Origin: an uncultured Anaerolineales bacterium
Lineage (GTDB): Bacteria > Chloroflexota > Anaerolineae > Anaerolineales > UBA11858
Reading direction: 5' to 3'
Assembly: GCA_964644835.1 (NCBI GenBank)
Contig: CAZXXW010000002.1
Location: forward strand, 1-63,412
Length of the DNA stretch: 63,412 nt
Below, piece after piece: positions 26,091 through 38,154 of this stretch. The notes beneath the pieces are model-generated. The model saw only the letters and a list, made by a program, of their open reading frames with translations. It did not search any database and was not told the DNA's origin. Both the position numbers and the translations under genes were made by a program. Within the stretch, counting starts at the first letter, position 1. Each line of letters begins with the position of its first letter.

Positions 26091-27746
26091 ATGACATTAG
26101 ATGATCAAAAAAAACGTTGGGAAGAAGAAACCCTGAACCCAGCTTTAAACCGTTTTTCCGAGCGGAAAAGCGAATTTCGAACACCATCGGGGCTTCCGTT
26201 ACCGCGGCTGATGATTCCGCCCGAGGAGAGCCGCGACTACGAACAAGACCTGGGCTTCCCGGGTGAGTATCCCTTCACCCGCGGCGTGTACCCGAGCATG
26301 TACCGCGGCCGCCTTTGGACGATGCGCCAATACGCCGGATACGCCAGCGCCGAAGAATCCAACGCCCGTTACCGTTACCTGCTCGAGCAGGGCCAGACCG
26401 GGCTCTCGGTCGCCTTCGATTTGCCCACCCAAATCGGCTACGATGCCGACGATCCGATCGCAACCGGGGAAGTCGGCAAAGTGGGCGTGTCGATCTCGTC
26501 GCTGGATGACATGGAAACGTTGTTTGACGGAATCCCCCTCGAGCGAGTCTCGACCAGCATGACCATCAATGCCCCGGCGGCGATCTTGTTGGCCATGTAC
26601 GTCGCCGTGGCCAAGCGTCAAGGTGCCGAGATCAGCAAGCTGCGCGGCACGATCCAGAACGACGTGCTTAAAGAGTACATCGCCCGCGGGACGTACATCT
26701 TCCCGCCCAAGCCGTCCATGCGTCTGATCACCGATGTGTTCCAATACTGCCAGACCGAAATCCCCTCCTGGAACACGATCAGCATCTCCGGCTACCACAT
26801 CCGCGAAGCGGGTTCCACTGCCGTGCAGGAAGTCGCGTTTACGCTGGCAAACGGGATTGCCTACGTGCAGGCCGCGATCGACGCCGGGCTGGATGTGGAC
26901 AAATTCGCCCGCCAGCTTTCCTTCTTTTTCAACGCCCACAATAATTTCCTCGAAGAGATCGCCAAATTCCGCGCTGCCCGGCGGCTGTGGGCCAAGATCA
27001 TGCGCCAGCGGTTTGGCGCCGAGAATCCCCGCTCGTGGATGCTCCGCTTCCACACCCAGACGGCTGGGTCTACGCTGACGGCCCAGCAACCCCAGAACAA
27101 CATCGTCCGGGTGGCGCTGCAAGCCCTGGCTGCCGTCTTGGGAGGGACGCAATCGTTGCACACCAACAGCATGGACGAGGCCCTGTGGCTGCCTACTGAG
27201 CAATCGGTCCAGGTGGCGCTGCGCACCCAGCAGATCATCGCCCATGAATCCGGCGTCGCCGACAGCGTTGATCCCCTCGCCGGGTCTTACCTGATCGAGG
27301 AGCTCACCGATGAGATCGAAGAACGAGCAAGCGAGTATATCGAGCAGATCGACGAGATGGGCGGGGCCCTCGCCGCAATCGAACACGGTTTCATCCAGAG
27401 CGAAATCCAAGACGCGGCCTACCGCTACCAGCAAGCGATCGAAGGAGGGGAACAGATCGTCGTCGGGGTGAACAAATACGCCTCCGACGAGGAGCTTGAC
27501 CTCGAGCATCTCAGCGTCGATCCCGCTATTGAAGCAGCGCAACGCGCCCGTCTGAAACAACTACGGGGCGAACGCGACGGCGACCGGGTCAATGCCATCC
27601 TGACCGAACTCGAATCCGCCGCCCGCGGCAGCGATAACTTGATGCCATTGTTGATCGAAGCCGTTGAAAACGAGATCACCCTGGGCGAAATTTGCGCCAT
27701 CCTGCGTGATGTCTGGGGAGAATACGAGTCCAAAGCATGGCTATGA
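26091..27746 (+). CDS. methylmalonyl-CoA mutase-family large (catalytic) subunit, no B12-binding domain
   Basis: [57 protein letters not shown]. Ends after the TIM-barrel part. Confidence 0.9.
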   Translation: MTLDDQKKRWEEETLNPALNRFSERKSEFRTPSGLPLPRLMIPPEESRDYEQDLGFPGEYPFTRGVYPSMYRGRLWTMRQYAGYASAEESNARYRYLLEQGQTGLSVAFDLPTQIGYDADDPIATGEVGKVGVSISSLDDMETLFDGIPLERVSTSMTINAPAAILLAMYVAVAKRQGAEISKLRGTIQNDVLKEYIARGTYIFPPKPSMRLITDVFQYCQTEIPSWNTISISGYHIREAGSTAVQEVAFTLANGIAYVQAAIDAGLDVDKFARQLSFFFNAHNNFLEEIAKFRAARRLWAKIMRQRFGAENPRSWMLRFHTQTAGSTLTAQQPQNNIVRVALQALAAVLGGTQSLHTNSMDEALWLPTEQSVQVALRTQQIIAHESGVADSVDPLAGSYLIEELTDEIEERASEYIEQIDEMGGALAAIEHGFIQSEIQDAAYRYQQAIEGGEQIVVGVNKYASDEELDLEHLSVDPAIEAAQRARLKQLRGERDGDRVNAILTELESAARGSDNLMPLLIEAVENEITLGEICAILRDVWGEYESKAWL

Positions 27747-28018
27747 TCATAAGACACATCTCCTACTTGGTAACCACTCTGACCGTGTTTTTCGTCCTGG
27801 CACTGTTGCCCGTCATCCCGGTGATCAGTGTTCCGGTTGTGCCCAATCCGGTCGAGCGCTTGACCTGGGTCTCTTTGTGGCAAATTCTGTTCAACCCCAA
27901 AGTCGGCATCCGGCTTCAACTGCAATGGTACTCACTGCTCGTCATCCTGCTGCTGATAGCAGCCGAATTTTTCATCCGCCGTTTTATCATTCAAAAATTT
28001 TTCTCGAAGCGTGAGTAA
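27737..28018 (+). CDS. hypothetical small hydrophobic protein
   Basis: 10-nt overlap with the mutase gene; two or three hydrophobic helices. No family recognised. Confidence 0.35.
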   Translation: MAMIIRHISYLVTTLTVFFVLALLPVIPVISVPVVPNPVERLTWVSLWQILFNPKVGIRLQLQWYSLLVILLLIAAEFFIRRFIIQKFFSKRE

Positions 28019-28124
28019 ATTAATCAGGATTGTCAAGGGTCTCCTGACCCCGACATCTCGTGTGTGCGGTCAGGAGACTCGCACACAGCATATCATCTAA
28101 AATTTTTCGTGGAGCGTGATCAAA

Positions 28125-28535
28125 ATGCCCAACGTTAAGAAAATCAATCATGTCGCCTTAGTCGTCGAAGACATCAACGAGGCCCTAACCTTCTGGCAAG
28201 ATGCCCTTGGCATCGCTCTTACCCACCGAGAAGACGTTCCCAAGGAAGAGTCCACCATCGGCTTTCTCCCCGTGGGAGACAGCAAAATCGAGCTGGTTCA
28301 ACCAACAACGTCTGACTCAGGGATAGCAAAATTCCTGGCTACCCGCGGCCCGGGAATGCACCACATCTGCCTGCAAGTCGATGACATCGACACCATGCTG
28401 GCCCAATTGCGGCAGAAAAACATCCGTCTAATTCACGAACAAGCCGTCACCGGCGACGACGGTAGAAAATACGCCTTCATCCACCCCAAGGCGGCCCATG
28501 GCGTGCTGGTCGAATTGTACGAACTTGATAAATGA
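28125..28535 (+). CDS. mce: methylmalonyl-CoA epimerase (VOC/glyoxalase fold)
   Basis: INHVALVVEDINEAL..GPGMHHICLQVDDI..HPKAAHGVLVEL. The ATG at 28125 has GGAG 10 nt upstream (track ORF starts at GTG 28116). Confidence 0.85.
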   Translation: MPNVKKINHVALVVEDINEALTFWQDALGIALTHREDVPKEESTIGFLPVGDSKIELVQPTTSDSGIAKFLATRGPGMHHICLQVDDIDTMLAQLRQKNIRLIHEQAVTGDDGRKYAFIHPKAAHGVLVELYELDK

Positions 28536-29398
28536 AGTGGTTTAGCAAACTACCCCTCCATGGGTGGATCGGGCTACTGCTCATCGCCGTTTTCTGGCCG
28601 CTGAATTGGACTTTGCCAGGTGCGCGCACGCAATGGGCCTTCTTTCCCCTCTGGCTGGGATACTGCTTGTTTGTGGACGGCCTGGTCTACTGGCGCCGGG
28701 GAAGCTCGTTAGCCACTCGCAGCTGGCCCAAATACCTGGGGCTTTTTCTCGTCTCGGCACCGGCGTGGTGGCTCTTCGAATTGCTCAACATGCGCGTCCA
28801 AAATTGGGTCTACGATGGCCGCCAGCTCTTCACCAACGTCGAATACGGCATCCTGGCGACGTTTTCTTTCTCCACGGTGTTACCGGCGGTGTTTGGAACC
28901 GCCGAACTGATCGCCAGCTTCGACTGGCTGCCCGCGGGGGAAAACGGCCCGGTCATCCGCCCTACCCGCAAAACCACGCTGGGATTTTTCATCGCCGGGT
29001 GGGCCATGCTGGCCTGCCTGCTGATCTGGCCGCACTATTGCTTCCCCCTGCTCTGGCTCAGTCTCTACTGCATCATGGAACCGGTCAACGTCTGGTTGGG
29101 CAACCGCAATCTGGCCCAAGCGACCTGGTGCGGCAACTGGCGACCGATTCTTGCCCTCTGGCTGGGGGTGCTGGTGACCGCTTTCTTCTGGGAGATGTGG
29201 AATTTCTATTCCTACCCAAAGTGGATTTACACCGTCCCCTTCGTCGACTTTTGGCACGTCTTCGAGATGCCCTTGCTTGGGTATGGCGGCTATCTCCCCT
29301 TTGCCCTGGAGTTGCACGCTCTGTATCACTTCATCGTCGGGCTTCTGGGCGAGAAGGACAGCGCTTACCTGCGCCTGAATCGAGTCGAAAAAGATTAA
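28532..29398 (+). CDS. hypothetical polytopic membrane protein
   Basis: ATGA overlap with mce; about 8 Trp-rich hydrophobic helices. The alternative frame 28564..29403 is Arg-rich and was rejected. Confidence 0.7.
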   Translation: MKWFSKLPLHGWIGLLLIAVFWPLNWTLPGARTQWAFFPLWLGYCLFVDGLVYWRRGSSLATRSWPKYLGLFLVSAPAWWLFELLNMRVQNWVYDGRQLFTNVEYGILATFSFSTVLPAVFGTAELIASFDWLPAGENGPVIRPTRKTTLGFFIAGWAMLACLLIWPHYCFPLLWLSLYCIMEPVNVWLGNRNLAQATWCGNWRPILALWLGVLVTAFFWEMWNFYSYPKWIYTVPFVDFWHVFEMPLLGYGGYLPFALELHALYHFIVGLLGEKDSAYLRLNRVEKD

Positions 29399-29596
29399 TT
29401 TAGCTGGACGAATCATTTTTCCTATGATATACTCCAGCCGCTCTGAGCTTCGCCTATCCGAATAATATGACGAGCAAGAGCAAATCTATCACACACGCTT
29501 CTCGACCCATTGGGGCGTGCCGTCAGGTGGCAAAGTCGCCGCGGTTCCCACAGGGATTGACAGAAGCGGAGGTCAAAACGCAAAGGAGATTAAATT

Positions 29597-30580
29597 ATGC
29601 GCGTTGTTTCAATGAAAAAAATGTTAGAAAGTGGTGTTCACTTTGGGCATCGAACCCATCGCTGGCACCCGAAGATGGAAGATTACATCTTTACCGAGCG
29701 CAATAACATCCATATCATCGATCTTGAACAAACACTCGAAGCGCTCACCGAAGCTTATGTATTAGTTCGTGACACGGTCGCAGAGGGAGGGAAGGTACTG
29801 TTTGTCGGTACCAAGCGACAAGCCCAAGAGACGATCCAACTAGAAGCAGAACGCTGCAACATGCCCTGGGTCACCCGGCGGTGGTTGGGCGGCACGCTGA
29901 CCAACTGGAACACCATCCAACAGCGGATCAACGAGTTGAACCGCCTGGAGCGCCTGCGCGACCGCGGCGATTTCGATATCCTGACCAAAAAAGAAGCCCT
30001 GGGCAAAACCCGCCAGATCGAACGGCTGGAAATGCTCTTTGGCGGCATCCGCGACATGAACGGAAATCCCGAGATTCTCTTCGTCGTCGATGCCGGTCGA
30101 GAAGCGACCGCCGTTCACGAGGCAAACCTACTCGAAATTCCGGTTGTGGCCATGGTCGACACCAACTGCGATCCATCCAACATCGACTACCCGATCCCCT
30201 CCAACGATGACGCCATCCGGGCCATCAAACTGATGGTCGGCAAAATTGCCGATGCCGTTCTCGAGGGACAGGCGATGCGCAAAGACGTGGAAGAAGAGCG
30301 CCCCCCCGAAGCAGACGTCGACTACCAAAAGACGGCCGAATTGAGCGACGAAGAGTTGCTCGGCGAATCCACGCTGGCCAAGCTTGAAGCCCAAAAAGAA
30401 GAAGAGGCCGAAGAAGTCAGCAAAGAGGAAGAAGCCGTTGAAGAGACAGCAGAAGAGGTCGAAGAGATCGCTGAAGAGGAAGAAGCTTCTGAAGAGGCCG
30501 AGGAAGAGCAACAAGAGGCCCCCGAGGAAGAAGCCGAAGAAGAAACAGATGAAGAAGAAAGCGAAGAAGACGAGGCATAA
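29597..30580 (+). CDS. rpsB: 30S ribosomal protein S2 with long acidic C-terminal tail
   Basis: [24 protein letters not shown]..; roughly the last 90 aa are E/A-rich. Confidence 0.97.
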   Translation: MRVVSMKKMLESGVHFGHRTHRWHPKMEDYIFTERNNIHIIDLEQTLEALTEAYVLVRDTVAEGGKVLFVGTKRQAQETIQLEAERCNMPWVTRRWLGGTLTNWNTIQQRINELNRLERLRDRGDFDILTKKEALGKTRQIERLEMLFGGIRDMNGNPEILFVVDAGREATAVHEANLLEIPVVAMVDTNCDPSNIDYPIPSNDDAIRAIKLMVGKIADAVLEGQAMRKDVEEERPPEADVDYQKTAELSDEELLGESTLAKLEAQKEEEAEEVSKEEEAVEETAEEVEEIAEEEEASEEAEEEQQEAPEEEAEEETDEEESEEDEA

Positions 30581-30586
30581 CCGATA

Positions 30587-31192
<606 letters not shown>

Positions 31193-31200
31193 AGCCATCA

Positions 31201-31228
31201 AAGGCCAACCTAACGGTTGGCCTTTTTG
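31201..31228 (+). terminator. intrinsic terminator
   Basis: AAGGCCAACC-taac-GGTTGGCCTT followed by TTTG. Confidence 0.7.
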
Positions 31229-31281
31229 TTTATCCAAAAGGCGCCCCAAAGCTTTCATCGGGCGCCGAAAGGACAGCGTAA

Positions 31282-32004
<723 letters not shown>

Positions 32005-32266
32005 CCGCTTTCCACGATCCCCAACCAGAAACACCAACACAGCCTCTTTGAGAATATTGCAATAGGGTTGTGTTACACTTCTTGATGAAGGTTCCCCTCC
32101 ATTAGTGGTAAAATCAGGACATACCCAGCAGGGAAACGGTATCCGGCTTCAACAACGCGGACCAACATCAACCTCGGAAGAGGATCCCGCCGATGAAGCC
32201 AAGTCCCGCCCCCTTGCTCCGAAGCAGCACACTTTATCAAATCAGATCACATTTGAGGAGATAACC

Positions 32267-32824
32267 ATGCTTGAAGACATCTATAAAGACACGCTATCTC
32301 GAATGAAAGGTGCCGTTCAGGCCTTACGAGAAGATTTGGTCGCCATTCGCACAGGACGGGCTAACCCTGCCCTGGTCGAAAAGCTATCGGTGCAGTATTA
32401 CGGTGCTCCAACGCCACTGCAACAACTCGCCAGCGTCGGGGTGCCGGAACCGCGCACCCTGCTGATCCGCCCTTACGATCCCGAAACGCTTAGCGACATC
32501 GAGCGCGCGATCATGGCATCTGACCTGGGGCTGACCCCCAACAACGACGGCAAAAATATCCGCCTGCACCTGCCCACCCTGACCGAGGAACGACGCAAGG
32601 AATTGGTCCGGATCGTCGGAAGCCGGGCGGAAGAAGCGCGCGTCGCCATCCGTAACATCCGCCGCGATGCAATTAGGGAGTTGCGTGAGTTCGAAGAAGA
32701 AGACCTGATCTCCGAAGACGATCGGATGCGCGGTGAGAAGAAAATCCAGGAATTCACCGACAGCCACATCGAAGAAATTGACGAGATCAGTAAAAATAAA
32801 GAAACCGAAATTTTAGAGGTCTAG
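32267..32824 (+). CDS. frr: ribosome recycling factor
   Basis: GAGGAG RBS then ATG at 32267 ([37 protein letters not shown]). Confidence 0.95.
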   Translation: MLEDIYKDTLSRMKGAVQALREDLVAIRTGRANPALVEKLSVQYYGAPTPLQQLASVGVPEPRTLLIRPYDPETLSDIERAIMASDLGLTPNNDGKNIRLHLPTLTEERRKELVRIVGSRAEEARVAIRNIRRDAIRELREFEEEDLISEDDRMRGEKKIQEFTDSHIEEIDEISKNKETEILEV

Positions 32825-32883
32825 ATCAAAGCGTTTCTCACCGCTTTCTTGACCTCTCGAAACCGAAAAATCAAAATCCGATC

Positions 32884-33606
32884 ATGAGTCCAGAAGAAAA
32901 ATTCACTTTGCCCGAAAACATCCCCCAGCATGTCGCCATTATCATGGATGGGAATGGACGCTGGGCGCTGTCGCGCAACTTGCCCCGCTTGGCCGGCCAC
33001 CGGGCGGGGACCGAAAATCTACGTAGAATTCTGACCGCCTCCGTGGAGTTCGGCATTCAATATCTGACTTTGTACGCTTTTTCCACCGAAAACTGGGGCC
33101 GACCGGTTGAGGAAGTGCGGGGCTTGATGCGCATTCTCGAAAATGTGATCGACCGCGAATTGAACGAACTGAACGAACAAGGCGTCCAGCTTCGCCACAT
33201 TGGCCGTCTCGATAGGCTGAAACCATCCCTGAAACAAAAGGTGCTCGATGCCATTGAACTGACCAAAGACAACAGACGACTGGTTCTCAATGTCGCTTTC
33301 AACTATGGCGGGCGAGATGAAATCGTCTGGGCTATCCGCCACATGATCGAAGACGGTGTCGCTCCCGAAGATGTCACCGTCGATCTGGTCAACCAGTACC
33401 TGTTCACCGCCGGTGTCCCCGACCCCGACTTAATCATCCGCACCTCGGGAGAATTGCGGGGCAGCAATTTCTTGATCTGGCAGGGAGCCTACGCCGAGTG
33501 GTATTTCACGCCCATCTACTGGCCCGATTTCGACAAAGAAGCCCTGCACAAAGCGATTCTGGAGTATAGTCAGCGAGACAGAAGATTTGGCGGTCTAGAC
33601 AAATAG
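32884..33606 (+). CDS. uppS: isoprenyl transferase (undecaprenyl-diphosphate synthase)
   Basis: HVAIIMDGNGRWA..LTLYAFSTENWGRP..IRTSGELRGSNFLIWQ. Confidence 0.95.
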   Translation: MSPEEKFTLPENIPQHVAIIMDGNGRWALSRNLPRLAGHRAGTENLRRILTASVEFGIQYLTLYAFSTENWGRPVEEVRGLMRILENVIDRELNELNEQGVQLRHIGRLDRLKPSLKQKVLDAIELTKDNRRLVLNVAFNYGGRDEIVWAIRHMIEDGVAPEDVTVDLVNQYLFTAGVPDPDLIIRTSGELRGSNFLIWQGAYAEWYFTPIYWPDFDKEALHKAILEYSQRDRRFGGLDK

Positions 33607-33704
33607 AGCGAGCGTTCAACGGGGTGCTATTCTTGCCACAGACATATCACCGGCAAGGGCAAAATGCCTGAACGCTTCGAAAACTCACATCGATCCCTAG
33701 ATTT

Positions 33705-34520
33705 ATGCTTCAACGAATTCTCACTGCAGTCATTCTTTTACCGATTGGGCTGGCTCTGATGTATTTTGGAGGGCCAGCCTATACGATTGTGATTGCCCTT
33801 TTACTGGGCATCGCGGTATGGGAGTATAGTCGCCTCTTTCAAGAAGCCTCATTTCGGCCCCGTGGCGTTATCATGTTTGTCGCCGTCGTCGCTCTTGCGC
33901 TGGGACGCGGCTTTTTTGGGTTTGAGCATGCGGGCTTGATCTTCGGGCTCACCCTGCTCATCAGCCTGGCCTTTCACGCTGCTGATTACGAACGTGGAAG
34001 AAACAAAGCGGCGACAGACTTTGCCATCACCGTTTCCGGGATTGGCTACATCGGTTGGATCGGTGCCTACTTGATCTCTCTGCGCCACCTGCCCAATGGC
34101 CGCTGGTGGCTGATGATCGCGCTTCCGGCCATCTGGCTGGCCGACTCCGGGGCCTATTTTCTGGGCGGAAAGTTTGGTCGCACCTCCCTTTGCAAACGCC
34201 TAAGCCCGAACAAGACCTGGGAGGGCTATCTCCTCGGTATCCTCAGCGGGGCGCTGGGCAGCTTCTTGGTGGTCAAACTGTGGGAACTGGTTTTTGCCAC
34301 TTCGCTTGACATCGCGCCGGGGAGAGCGATTCTCCTGGGAACGGTTCTGGCGATTGTCACTCCTCTAGGGGATTTGGGCGAGAGCATGATCAAACGCCAG
34401 GCCGGGGCCAAGGACTCCAGCAATTTGATTCCGGGACATGGAGGTGCTTTTGACCGCATCGATTCTTGGTTATGGGGAGGGGTGATCAGTTATTATATGA
34501 TTAACTGGTTTTTGGGATGA
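33705..34520 (+). CDS. cdsA: phosphatidate cytidylyltransferase
   Basis: Polytopic; SPNKTWEGYLLG..GDLGESMIKRQAGAKDSSNLIPGHGGAFDRID. Confidence 0.9.
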   Translation: MLQRILTAVILLPIGLALMYFGGPAYTIVIALLLGIAVWEYSRLFQEASFRPRGVIMFVAVVALALGRGFFGFEHAGLIFGLTLLISLAFHAADYERGRNKAATDFAITVSGIGYIGWIGAYLISLRHLPNGRWWLMIALPAIWLADSGAYFLGGKFGRTSLCKRLSPNKTWEGYLLGILSGALGSFLVVKLWELVFATSLDIAPGRAILLGTVLAIVTPLGDLGESMIKRQAGAKDSSNLIPGHGGAFDRIDSWLWGGVISYYMINWFLG

Positions 34521-34608
34521 GACTAGACGATTAGCAACGAGCAGACCAAACAGGATTAACGAACATGTTCTTTCAAGTAACAAGATAGCAGGAAGGAGTA
34601 AGAAGACC

Positions 34609-35592
34609 ATGGACAGCAAACCAACCCGCAACTTGGCACTCGAACTGGTTCGGGTAACAGAGGCCGCGGCCCTATCCGCGGGACGCTTCATGGGGCGAGG
34701 CAACAAAGAAGCCGCCGACAAAGCAGCGGTCGACGCGATGAGATTGGTGTTGAATTCGATTGAGATGGACGCCGTCGTCGTTATCGGCGAGGGTGAGAAA
34801 GATGAAGCTCCGATGCTTTTTAACGGGGAAAGATTGGGCACAGGGGAGGCCCCCAAGGTGGACATCGCAGTTGATCCCATTGATGGAACCCGCCCTCTTG
34901 CTCACGGCTTTATCAACTCGATTGCCACCGTCGCTATCGCCCCCGAGGGAACCATGTACGATCCCGGCCCATACATGTACATGCACAAAATCGCTGTCGG
35001 TCCTGAAGCGGCGGGCATGATCGACATCAGCGCACCGGTGAGCGTCAATCTGAAGCGGGTTGCCCGCATCAAGGATATGGAGGTCAGCGATCTCACCGTG
35101 GTGATACTCGATCGGCCGCGCCACGAAGACTTAATCCGAGAAGTGATCGAAAGCGGCGCCCGAATCCGCCTAATCCCCGATGGGGATGTCGCCGGGGCGA
35201 TGATGACCTGCTGGCCCGATGCTGGCGTTGATGTGCTCCTGGGTATCGGCGGCACACCGGAGGGTGTCCTGGCGGCTTGCGCCCTGCGGGGAATGGGCGG
35301 CGAGATTCAGGGCAAACTCTTCGCCCGCAGCGACGAAGAACTCCAGCGAGGCAAAGAGATGGGTTATGACTTCGAGAAAACTCTGTTGATGGAAGATCTG
35401 GTCTCCTCCGATGATGTTTTCTTCGCCGCCACAGGCATCACCGACGGAGCCCTCTTGGACGGAATCAAGTATTTCAGCCATGGGGCCCGCACCGAAAGCC
35501 TGGTCATCCGCGGCCGCACCGGCACCGTGCGCGAGATCGTCGCTCGTCACAACTTCGATGTCTTGAATCCGATCAGCCAGATCGAATATTAG
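34609..35592 (+). CDS. glpX: class II fructose-1,6-bisphosphatase
   Basis: LALELVRVTEAAALSAGRFMGRGNKEAADKAAVDAMR..DIAVDPIDGT. Confidence 0.9.
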   Translation: MDSKPTRNLALELVRVTEAAALSAGRFMGRGNKEAADKAAVDAMRLVLNSIEMDAVVVIGEGEKDEAPMLFNGERLGTGEAPKVDIAVDPIDGTRPLAHGFINSIATVAIAPEGTMYDPGPYMYMHKIAVGPEAAGMIDISAPVSVNLKRVARIKDMEVSDLTVVILDRPRHEDLIREVIESGARIRLIPDGDVAGAMMTCWPDAGVDVLLGIGGTPEGVLAACALRGMGGEIQGKLFARSDEELQRGKEMGYDFEKTLLMEDLVSSDDVFFAATGITDGALLDGIKYFSHGARTESLVIRGRTGTVREIVARHNFDVLNPISQIEY

Positions 35593-35667
35593 AGCGCCGA
35601 AACCCGAAATTTGACAGTCTAAAACGAGCATGGTACGATTCGGCTCAACAATTTAATCAACCCCAAG

Positions 35668-35836
<169 letters not shown>

Positions 35837-35853
35837 AGATGATGGAGGTTCAA

Positions 35854-37065
35854 ATGACCCTAACGTTTATGACATCACCAAAACTCGTCTTTACGTCCGA
35901 ATCGGTTACCGAGGGACATCCCGACAAGCTTTGCGACCAGATCAGCGATGCTGTTTTGGACGCCTGCCTGGAGCAAGACCCCTGTTCTCGCGTAGCCTGT
36001 GAGGTGGCCACCAAAACAGGCTACGTCATGCTGATGGGAGAGATCACCACGAAAGCACAGATCAACTATGATCAACTCGCCCGCAAAGTGATCACAGATA
36101 TCGGCTACACACGGGCCAAATACGGCTTCGACGGGGAGACTTGCGGCGTGCTGGTGGCCCTGGCCAAGCAATCCGGCGATATCGCCATGGGGGTGGATGA
36201 GGCTCTGGAAGCCAAAAAGGGCGAGATGACCGAGGAGGAAATCGACGCCATCGGCGCGGGCGACCAGGGGATGATGTTTGGCTACGCCTGCAATGAGACA
36301 CCCGTCCTGATGCCGATGCCCATCTACCTGGCCCACAAGCTGACCCGACGGCTGGCGAAAGTGCGCAAAGATGGCCTCCTGCCCTGGCTGCGCCCCGATG
36401 GCAAGGGACAGGTCACCGTGGAATACAGCCATGGCAAACCCGTGCGCATCGATACCGTGCTGGTCAGCACCCAGCACGCCCCTGAACTCTCGCAGGAAAA
36501 AATTCGCTCAGCGATCATCGAGAACGTGATCATGCCCACCTTACCACAAGACATGGTCGACGATGAGATGAAGATTTTCGTCAACCCGACGGGGCGCTTC
36601 GTGATTGGCGGGCCGCAAGGCGATGCCGGTGTGACCGGACGCAAGATCATCGTCGATACCTACGGCGGCATGGGCCGACACGGCGGCGGCGCTTTCTCTG
36701 GAAAAGATGCCACCAAGGTTGACCGCTCCGGCGCCTATGCCAGCCGCTGGGCGGCTAAGAACGTGGTCGCCGCCGGCCTGGCCGACCGCTGCGAAATTCA
36801 GGTCGCCTACGCTATCGGCGTGGCGCGCCCTCTGAGCATCAACGTAGAGACCTTTGGGACCGGCAAAATCGATGATGAAAAGATCGCCGACTTGATCGAT
36901 GAACACTTCGATCTGCGTCCCGGCGCGATCATCCGCGACTTGGATCTGCGCCGCCCCATCTTCCGACAGGTTGCCGTTTACGGCCACTTCGGCCGCGACG
37001 ATTTGGATTTGACCTGGGAACGCACTGACAAGGCCGATTTGCTCCAAGACGCAGCCGGTCTATAG
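35854..37065 (+). CDS. metK: S-adenosylmethionine synthase
   Basis: GGAGG 5 nt before the ATG at 35854. [45 protein letters not shown]. Confidence 0.97.
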   Translation: MTLTFMTSPKLVFTSESVTEGHPDKLCDQISDAVLDACLEQDPCSRVACEVATKTGYVMLMGEITTKAQINYDQLARKVITDIGYTRAKYGFDGETCGVLVALAKQSGDIAMGVDEALEAKKGEMTEEEIDAIGAGDQGMMFGYACNETPVLMPMPIYLAHKLTRRLAKVRKDGLLPWLRPDGKGQVTVEYSHGKPVRIDTVLVSTQHAPELSQEKIRSAIIENVIMPTLPQDMVDDEMKIFVNPTGRFVIGGPQGDAGVTGRKIIVDTYGGMGRHGGGAFSGKDATKVDRSGAYASRWAAKNVVAAGLADRCEIQVAYAIGVARPLSINVETFGTGKIDDEKIADLIDEHFDLRPGAIIRDLDLRRPIFRQVAVYGHFGRDDLDLTWERTDKADLLQDAAGL

Positions 37066-37092
37066 AAAAACAGTCTTTCTCAAAGAAGAAAA

Positions 37093-37123
37093 AGACCCTG
37101 TCGGAATACCGACAGGGTCTTTT
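37093..37123. terminator. bidirectional intrinsic terminator (metK / trxA)
   Basis: AGACCCTGTCGG-aata-CCGACAGGGTCT flanked by an A-run and a T-run. Confidence 0.7.
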
Positions 37124-37208
37124 GATGACAACAGAATCGATTTGATCACCCGGATTGGACTACGTTTTCCAACTTAAGGGTGCAATAACCTGCTCAAGCT
37201 GATTTTCG

Positions 37209-37535
37209 TTATTCGAGGAAAGGCTCCACCGTTTTGACGATCTTCTTCTTTGGACGAAAACCAACCATCCGCTCTTTTTCTTCTCCATCGACAAAAAGCA
37301 TCACGGTGGGCACGCTCATGACCTGATATTTCATCGCCAGATCTTGGCTGTGATCGACATCGATTTTATAGACTTGAACCTTGCCATCCCATTCTTCGGC
37401 CAATTCTTCTATCACGGGAGCGAGCATTTTGCACGGTCCACACCAGGTGGCCGTAAAATCTAACAAGACGGGCAGGGATTCATCCAGGACATCAGCCTGG
37501 AAGGTGTCTGAAGTGACATATTTTAATTCTGACAT
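37209..37535 (-). CDS. trxA: thioredoxin
   Basis: WCGPCK active site; 108 aa. Confidence 0.95.
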   Translation of the reverse strand: MSELKYVTSDTFQADVLDESLPVLLDFTATWCGPCKMLAPVIEELAEEWDGKVQVYKIDVDHSQDLAMKYQVMSVPTVMLFVDGEEKERMVGFRPKKKIVKTVEPFLE

Positions 37536-37643
37536 ACATTCTTATCCTTCCATGGATAGGCTACATGTAAACTGCTCAGATCGTACATAATCTTCCCAAA
37601 AGAGTCAAGGTGTAACTTTTTTTCAGGAAATCAAAGGGGGAAA

Positions 37644-37710
37644 CAGCGATTCTAAATTTGAGTGTGAAACGCAAGCAAAACGCCGGTTGCGTGCCGGATG
37701 CGCTGGTCTC
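37644..37710. repeat. REP-like element, family 4, copy 2
   Basis: CAGCGATTCTAAATTTGAGTGTGAAACGCAAGCAAAACGCCGGTTGCGTGCCGGATGCGCTGGTCTCG aligns with the reverse complement of 17636..17724. Confidence 0.6.
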
Positions 37711-37800
37711 GATACGCAAAAACTGCTTTAGACCTTCGTATCATTTGATACTATAGTAGTTTTGCGCCATATTGAGAATTCCTGAGGGGGAAATTCGATT

Positions 37801-37829
37801 TTGACAAACACAGCCCGGCATGCTATAAT
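37801..37829 (+). promoter_or_regulatory. consensus sigma-70 promoter
   Basis: TTGACA (37801-37806), 17 nt spacer, TATAAT (37824-37829). Confidence 0.6.
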
Positions 37830-37835
37830 CCGCTG

Positions 37836-38015
37836 AGTTGTAGAGTGGGCTTGATGTCAAGCTCGATTACTACAACGCTGATTTTACAAGATGATGACGG
37901 AATTTCGATGCGTTTGGTTTGTACGTCGGTAACATTGTGGTGCCTAGAATCTCAAAAAACAATAATTTGATGTGATTTCAAGCCCCGGCCGGATTAACCC
38001 GACGGGGTATTTTTC
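37836..38015 (+). ncRNA. candidate about 180-nt sRNA or first module of a long rnj leader
   Basis: Bounded by the consensus promoter and the hairpin CCCCGGCCGG-attaa-CCCGACGGGG plus UAUUUUUC. Contains GTTGTAG..CTACAAC stem-loop. Class not recognised. Confidence 0.3.
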
Positions 38016-38131
38016 TATTATTTACCTGGGGAGCAATTCAATCGTGTCAAGTTGCACAGCAAACATTTGATCGTTGCGATCTCTGTGCTTCGTTTGTGTA
38101 GAAGCAAACACTGAATTTATTTTGCAATCAT

Positions 38132-38154
38132 ACCCTCAGTATCTGAGGGTTTTT
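38132..38154 (+). terminator. second intrinsic terminator in the trxA-rnj spacer
   Basis: ACCCTCAG-tat-CTGAGGGT followed by TTTT. Confidence 0.6.

Noticed and set aside
26199-27560. 453-aa ORF antisense to the methylmalonyl-CoA mutase gene.
   Set aside because: Same reasoning: Gly/Arg/Asp-rich with no motifs, while the sense strand has a clear mutase signature.
29467-29706. 79-aa ORF upstream of and overlapping rpsB.
   Set aside because: It overlaps the well-supported rpsB start in another frame, and there is no RBS.
32005-32266. 260-nt pyrH-frr spacer, considered as a possible regulatory RNA.
   Set aside because: Only a plausible extended -10 promoter (TGGTAAAAT) was seen. There is no convincing conserved-looking structure or terminator.
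37890-37931. 13-codon mini-ORF (MMTEFRCVWFVRR*) inside the candidate sRNA.
   Set aside because: No Shine-Dalgarno sequence and no amino-acid bias suggestive of a leader peptide. It is probably fortuitous.
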